A stretch of 64,000 nucleotides of DNA from Mayamaea pseudoterrestris (taxonomy: Eukaryota). The notes beneath the pieces were generated by a model. It ran no database searches. It saw only the letters and a list, made by a program, of their open reading frames with translations, and was not told where the DNA came from. This document shows, in pieces, positions 57,909 through 64,000 of this stretch. The stretch is taken from assembly GCA_027923505.1 (NCBI GenBank), contig BROI01000007.1, positions 496,001 through 560,000 of the forward strand, given 5' to 3'. The position numbers and the translations under genes are program-made. Positions within the stretch are counted from its first letter, which is position 1. Every line of letters begins with the position of its first letter.

Positions 57909-60315
57909 ATGCGGAACATGAAAGGGATGGTATCGATTCTGCTGCTCGCCCTCGTCGCAAGCTGTTCCGCAGAGCGTGACTCTTTCACGGAACAACAGTC
58001 CAGGCATCGACGACAAAAGTCATCTTACCTGCGACGAGCCATAAGACAGATCGATACGGCCCATAGACAGCTGTCGTACAGCGACGAATATGCTGCTGCT
58101 AGTGTGGGATACGCTCACGGAAGCAAGTATGCCGATCCAAGCAGTAGACACAATGGCTTTGTACCTCCGCCGCCACCGCCGAGACCCAACGACAGCTACT
58201 ACTCCTACTACACATCCAAAGGTACAAAAGCGACAAAAGGATCAAAATCTGTCAAGGGGACCATTTTAAGCAAGTCGAGTAAAGGAACCATACCAAGTTT
58301 TTCGGATGGCGAAGGCTATTTCACACCGCCGCCCAGCCATTCGACGACTTCTGCACCACAAACCTCGCATCCGACGACAAATGCTCCGTCTACTTCGTCA
58401 CCTTCTACAATGCCGTCGCTCCCAGCAAAAAAGGGCGTCGGTCGGCCACAAAAGTTGCCCGACATTCTTCCAGACTACAGTCTGGATCGATACTCTGACG
58501 ATGAAGCTACCGGTGACGAAGACCCGACAGGAGGCGATGTCAATGTCACCAATGCGACGAGCACCTCTGCTGCATTGGACGAGTTCACAGCTGCCAGTGA
58601 TCCCCATGCATGGCAGCAAGACTTTCAGCTAAGTAACGTGGAGCTTCAAATGTTGCAGAATGCCGAAGAATATCCAGCATCGACAGCGACGACTGCGCAA
58701 GTGACAATCCAAAGCAATACCTGTGAGCTTGGTTCCACTGGCTTCTACGGTGAACCAATTGGAACAGTCTACGACATTACATTTATATATCAGGCTTTAC
58801 TGACGAGCAATGCAACGGACACGATACTGCAGACCGAAGTTGCACCGGCACTTGACATTGGCATTCCGGAAGCGTTGTTGCCATCATTCTTTTCCGAGTG
58901 CAGCAACAGCCGTCGTCGATTACAAATGGCGGCAGCAACTATTGAGGGAGTGAGCCGCATGCAGACGGACTATGTCGTCATGGATCCGAATTGTAAGTAA
59001 TGAAGGAGTTGTTTTGTTTGCGATACATGCAGGATTCTCACTCACTGCTACTACCCTTTTTTAACTCTCTGCTACTACCCTTCTTCGACAGTATGCGTGG
59101 GAGGAGCTTCCGAAGGCAACTGCTACGTGTTTTCTGGATCCATCAATGTGTTTGGTGATAACTTTTACACTCAGAATGACGTTGAAAACACTGTAATGCC
59201 AGTGATTCAAAAAGTAATACAGAGTGGCCAGCTAACGTCCTTGAGCCCGTATTTAGAGAAAGTCACATACTTGGAAAGTGGTCTAGTAACAAGCAATCCA
59301 GTGCCTACGACTGCCCCAAAACCGACTGCCGCACCAGTGCCGACTCGACCGGGAGCTTCCCCAACGATTGCGCCCGTTCCAGTGACGCCTACGGTGAGTG
59401 CACCCACATTCTTCCCACCGACACCATCTGCACAGGTGCCATCGATACCGACCGCTCCGTCAGCACCGTCGACAAGCGGAACTGCCGCGCCCACTCCAAC
59501 TACTGGATCTCTTGCTCCGACGCCCGGAGTGCCAAGCCAACCGACACAGTCGCCTATGGCAGTTTCTGCAGCACCAAACGCATCGCCATCGTCAAAGTCG
59601 AAGCGAGGTGTCGACAGGGTTCCATGGTGGGGCTGGCTACTTATCGCGTTGTTCGGATTCGCTGTTCTTGCCGTTATTTGTTACCTCGCTCTAGCGGAAG
59701 ATGATGGACCTCGATCCAAGCCAAGTAGCAGTGATGTGCCTGATAAAGACGGCGATGCTTCCTACGAGCCTCCCGGAGGCGACGGGTATGTTCCGCCGGG
59801 TGGTGTAGACTCTTACGCAGACACAATGGATACGAGCGCGTTTCGAATACAGCCACCAAGTGGAAGCCTAGGAGTTGTACAAGAAGTGGGCGAGAACCAG
59901 GACGGCTTTCAATACGGAGATGAAGGTGAAGACGATGAAGGCGAAACATATGAGGACGATGAAGACGCTGAGGGAGACGAAGAATACGAAGAGGGAGACG
60001 AAGGGGAAGAAGACGGAGATGATGACGAGGAAGGAGAGTATGAGGACGGAGAAGAGTATGAAGAAGGTGATGAAGAATATGATGATGGCGATGAAGAAGG
60101 TGAAGAATATGATGACGAGTATGAAGAAGGTGAAGAAGAGCCGTAAGTACAGTAGCGTGACTCGATGTGCATATGTTTTGTGCATCACATGTGTACCTTA
60201 CTCATGCTCCTTCAATACCAGCGTTAGCGGAGACGAAGAAGATGAAGGTTCATACTACGAGGAGGAAACCATGGAAACACCCGATGAGAGCGACGGCCAA
60301 AGGCAGTGGAGGTAA
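57909..60315 (+). CDS. Type I membrane protein with RxL and KxxK motifs, Pro/Thr stalk and Asp/Glu-rich tail, 3 exons (introns 58993-59091 and 60143-60221)
   Basis: Signal peptide ILLLALVASCSA; TM WWGWLLIALFGFAVLAVICYLAL. Both GT..AG introns restore the frame. Start could be 57918 or 57927. Confidence 0.8.
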
Positions 60316-60907
60316 TGGTGGCTTTTGTTAAAGCGCAGGTATACCAATATTTTTTCATAAAGCTCAAAGACACTTCGTACCCATGTCGATTCCTTTATTT
60401 TGTGGGGTTGTATCGGAAATAGACTACATGGGGTAGTGCTTGGATGCCACACCTAAGTATAACGAAGCTGGTTACTGTTTGGATGTCTGCCCTCCCATAT
60501 ATTCCAGGCTACATCAGTGCTAGAAATGAGGTAACTGCACCAATCTCACCACTTACTGGCTGGTCTTTGGCAAATGCTGCCTATACCCATTCCAAGCACC
60601 AGAAGGTGATGTAGAAAGTACGACTGATTCATATCTAGCCCCTCAAGGGTCCAAAGTCTGCCACCGGGACGGCGTATAATGGTGCGGCCACCATCACCCA
60701 TTGCAGTTGGTCGACAGCTCTCTGATATTAATGATGTAAAACAGCCCAGCAAGTTCAAAAATCCTGTAGCAAACGTGAAAAGTTAAAGCCTTTTTCGTCG
60801 GAGCGGTACTCGTACTTTGGAAGAAACCGCCCGCCCCATTCGATCTTCTGCACTTCTACACACAAAGCAAATGAACAGTAAAGCAAGTCTTTTCTAGCCT
60901 TACAGTA

Positions 60908-61638
60908 ATGGTGCTTTACTTTAAAAGCAGATGCGGCGAGTACACACTCTACATGGGAAAAGACAAGTATGAGAATGAGGACTTGATTAAATATGGACAT
61001 CCAGAAGACGTATGGTTTCACGTGGACGACCTCTCATCGGCTCATGTATACTTGAGAATGAAGCCTGAAATGTCATTGGATGACGTACCTGAGGACCTTT
61101 TGATTGACTGTGCTTCTCTGGTGAAGGCAAACTCTATACAAGGCTGCAAAGTGAGTCGCTTTTAAGAGCCCGGCGGAGTGCGATGAGATCGGTCGCACCT
61201 CACTATTTCTCTCTATTACTTTTCTCTTTCATCAAGAAATCTTCAGTATACGTAGTCTATACGCGATGGAAGAATCTCAAAAAGACGTCTGACATGGTCG
61301 AAGGCCAAGTCTCATATCATAGACCAGACAATGTGCGGCGAATAGCGGTCGAGAAGAATAATACGATTGTTCGCCAAATAGAAAAGACGAGGAAGGAACT
61401 TTATCCAGATCTCGCCAAGGAACAGAGTGATCGACTCCATGAGATTCAGCGAGGAAAGAAACAAGAGTACAAACGTGCAGCAAAAGAAAAGCAGGTTGCA
61501 GTCATGCAGGCGAGGCAGGAGAAGGAAGCAAGGTCGTACGACCGAATTCAAGGGACTGAAGAGAGCCTATTAGCAAATCAAGTAGAAGCAACTGCGGACG
61601 CTACTGCGGCAGAGGAATATGAAGATGACTTCTTTTAA
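60908..61638 (+). CDS. CCDC25: CCDC25/Jlp2 (NFACT-R domain) protein, 2 exons (intron 61151-61236)
   Basis: [61 protein letters not shown]-terminal EDDFF. Confidence 0.95.
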
Positions 61639-61668
61639 ACCTGTAAAAATTGTAACTTATATTATCGC

Positions 61669-63612
61669 CTAGTATCGTTTGATCTTTTTACTTTGCTTGC
61701 TCGTCAGATTGTCATAGTCCAACTCCAGGTAGTAAGTTTCCTTGCGATCTGGATCAGAAAGGCGTTCCTCATGTAGTTTCAGCTTGACCGAACCAGTCGG
61801 TCGTTGCTCATGACTAAATGTGCGCTGAAAGAACTGCTCGATGATAAGGCGGTCGTCTATCGAAAGGCGATTCGATCGCTCCTGAAGCAATTGCCGCCAG
61901 TCTTGCTGGCGATGATGAGCATGAATTGCGTCATGTTGCGACTCTGCTTGACGTGTAACAGATTCGTCGTGTGTATGGGAAGCTGTGTGTCCAGTGTCCT
62001 CGGTCGTTGCAGAAACAGAACCCGTCTTGGTTTGCTGATATGCCGAGAGAGCTGCAGCCGCAGCTGCTGCGGCCGCAGACGAACCCGCTTGTAAGGTCGT
62101 TTCATTATTCGTAGAACCTGCAGCAGGAGCTTCGGCGCCATTGGCTGTCTTGACAACCTTTGCTTTGTCTTGCTCAACCGCGAGTGCCGCAGCATCCGCC
62201 TTGCGCTTCTTCTTCATTTGCGTACCAGCTGCGGACAAGTCAGCCGCTTGCTGCTTCCGAAACTGATCCTGAACTTCTGTAACATCCATCATTTTCATCT
62301 TGGATCGCTGATGTGAATTTCGCTCAGCAGCCAGCTGTGACCTTGATGCAGAAGCTGCCGCAACCATCGACGCAGATAAACTAGCTGCTGCTGATCCACT
62401 ATTGCCGCTACTCGCAGTTTGATTGCGTTGAAGGCCGCTCTTCTTGTTACGGAGCAAGGCTTGCGCCGCACCAGCCTTGCGCGCCTTGAGAATGGGCTGC
62501 GTTCGCACATTTCCAGCGGTTGGCCCTCGACTCGTCGCAGACGACATGCCTGGTCGCGCCAGTGGTTTGGTTGGCATGAGAAACATGGATGACTTCTTCT
62601 TGACGGGTTGTTTCGTGGTTGTGCGACTAGCTGCTGCGCCTGCTGGAGCCGTGGAGTCTGCTGATGCAGCCATGGCTGCTTCGGAGGAGGGTCGTGCTGA
62701 TCCATTGTTTGCTTGGGGGCTGGCCATGCTAGCGTTTGCCTTGACCGATGCCATGCCGGCGGCAGTGACAGTGTCGTGTGTTTGCTCCTCCATTGCCTTG
62801 AGTTCCTCCATTTTGGCATCCATGTGCAAAATCTCGGCTGATTCATTGACTTTAAAATGCTGATGCGGCGCAGTAACTTCTGGAAGTACTTGTTGTAGTA
62901 CAGATGGAGACAAGAGGGCGTAGTAGAAGGGAGCTAGCGTAGGATCAGCATCCGCAGTTGCTGCCATGAATCTTTGCGGATTGTTGGCATCTTCTTCGTC
63001 GTCGGAATCAAATTCGTACTGCTCAGTCTGTTTGATGCGCGCATTGACTCTTTGTAATATCTTTTTGCATGTTTTATCCAACACCTTTTTTGCTTCGGTG
63101 CCCATATTTGCTGTCTCTTGAGGCAAGTCTGGTGAAGCATCACTGTCCCTGCTGGCAATTTTGTATTGCACGAGTCCAGCAATGACTCGAACCCACTCGT
63201 CGTAGGTTTTCGTCGTCTGAGCCTCCTGGAGTATCTTGGACACTTCTGCATCCATCTCTTCAATTTCATCCTCGTTACTAATGCTGCGTGCATTGTCGTT
63301 TTCTCCTGCAGAATCGAGCCCAAGCAAGGCAATGAGTATTCGCAACTGCGTCGACTTGTTTGTTTTGACAAGAATTTTTCGGATGCGTCGCAGGTACTGT
63401 CGAGCTGAGTAAGGCTGATTACTGCTAGAACTAGTCGTCGCGCTCACAACGACGCGCAAGGCTGGCGTGACAATCGCCTTGGTCAATTCCAAGCTGGAGA
63501 AGGGCGATCGTAGTTTGCTTTCAATACTTGTCAAAAAAGCATCCAAGTCCCCGACGATATCATCGTCATCATCCGAATCAGAATTGGCATTATTTCCTTC
63601 AGCGTCTGACAT
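61669..63612 (-). CDS. Negative elongation factor A-like protein
   Basis: N-terminal LRILIALL...I...A....DEWVRVIA and HFKV. C-terminal N.L...R.II..F...VKLKL.E...LELDY.....KK resembles both conserved ends of NELF-A, separated by a low-complexity linker. Confidence 0.65.
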   Translation of the reverse strand: MSDAEGNNANSDSDDDDDIVGDLDAFLTSIESKLRSPFSSLELTKAIVTPALRVVVSATTSSSSNQPYSARQYLRRIRKILVKTNKSTQLRILIALLGLDSAGENDNARSISNEDEIEEMDAEVSKILQEAQTTKTYDEWVRVIAGLVQYKIASRDSDASPDLPQETANMGTEAKKVLDKTCKKILQRVNARIKQTEQYEFDSDDEEDANNPQRFMAATADADPTLAPFYYALLSPSVLQQVLPEVTAPHQHFKVNESAEILHMDAKMEELKAMEEQTHDTVTAAGMASVKANASMASPQANNGSARPSSEAAMAASADSTAPAGAAASRTTTKQPVKKKSSMFLMPTKPLARPGMSSATSRGPTAGNVRTQPILKARKAGAAQALLRNKKSGLQRNQTASSGNSGSAAASLSASMVAAASASRSQLAAERNSHQRSKMKMMDVTEVQDQFRKQQAADLSAAGTQMKKKRKADAAALAVEQDKAKVVKTANGAEAPAAGSTNNETTLQAGSSAAAAAAAAALSAYQQTKTGSVSATTEDTGHTASHTHDESVTRQAESQHDAIHAHHRQQDWRQLLQERSNRLSIDDRLIIEQFFQRTFSHEQRPTGSVKLKLHEERLSDPDRKETYYLELDYDNLTSKQSKKIKRY

Positions 63613-64000
63613 TTTTATGCAATCAATGAAGCAGCAGGATATGAGTAAGAATATTTGTCATCGAACGCGAGCTTGTTCTCATGGTCGAGAGAAACGCAAC
63701 CGCGCGATGATGACGTCACGACACCGGTCCGACTTGATGACGTTTTGTCCCACTTTTCGATTTGAACGCCATGGAGATTGATGCGACTCCGACCTGCGAC
63801 GAGCTCTCGCGACATCATACTGCACCAACAATTAAACCAAAGGCATGGCTTGGATATACCGGTAGCAATACGCTTCTCTTGAATAAGATCGTCGCATTGG
63901 CTGCTTTCGTTTTAGGGTGAACGACCCATAGCAAAGCTCACAGTCTGTCGTTGAAAGAGCAGTTCAGCAGCACGCGAAACGAAGGCGCGACGACGGGCGA

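Noticed and set aside
59868..60315. Met/Lys-rich, Phe-rich and Ser-rich ORFs
   Set aside because: Shadow frames of the GAA/GAT-rich acidic tail; only the last ~30 codons of the + frame are a real exon.
1..64000. tRNA, rRNA or spliceosomal snRNA genes
   Set aside because: No cloverleaf or diagnostic motifs recognised by eye; a tRNAscan/Rfam run is needed to exclude them.

Overview
Gene-dense eukaryotic genomic DNA with short GT-AG introns, almost certainly from a diatom. The evidence is a CoDi-type Ty1/copia retrotransposon, bipartite signal/transit presequences, a SELMA-type derlin and diatom-style repeat proteins. I can support about 24 host genes: TM9SF, DUF1826, bZIP, an LRR membrane protein, DPH1, Der1, SWIM-RING, RAPTOR, condensin CND1, three tandem Kir-like channels, a Cys/His repeat-domain protein, a plastid-targeted unknown, MGDG synthase, ELG1/ATAD5-like, DPH2, PRKRIP1, a KxxK/RxL membrane protein, CCDC25, NELF-A-like and several hypotheticals. 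The one accessory block (about 15.3-23.0 kb) is a ~6.3 kb copia element inserted into a CpG-depleted 347-bp tandem repeat. Each repeat unit holds two 27-nt hairpins 170-177 bp apart, with compensatory stem changes and a shared TAGCRGTGYAC tail, and the element sits at the base of one hairpin. The ~600 bp to the left of the element and its own rightmost ~600 bp look like mutual mosaics, which suggests a hemizygous insertion or consensus artefact. Other notable points are non-GYG filters plus a CxxC..H..H insert in the Kir trio, an in-frame TAA in a plastid-targeted gene, an IPT-like insert in ELG1, and an intergenic TACCGGTA palindrome. All identifications come from reading motifs by eye; no database searches were run.
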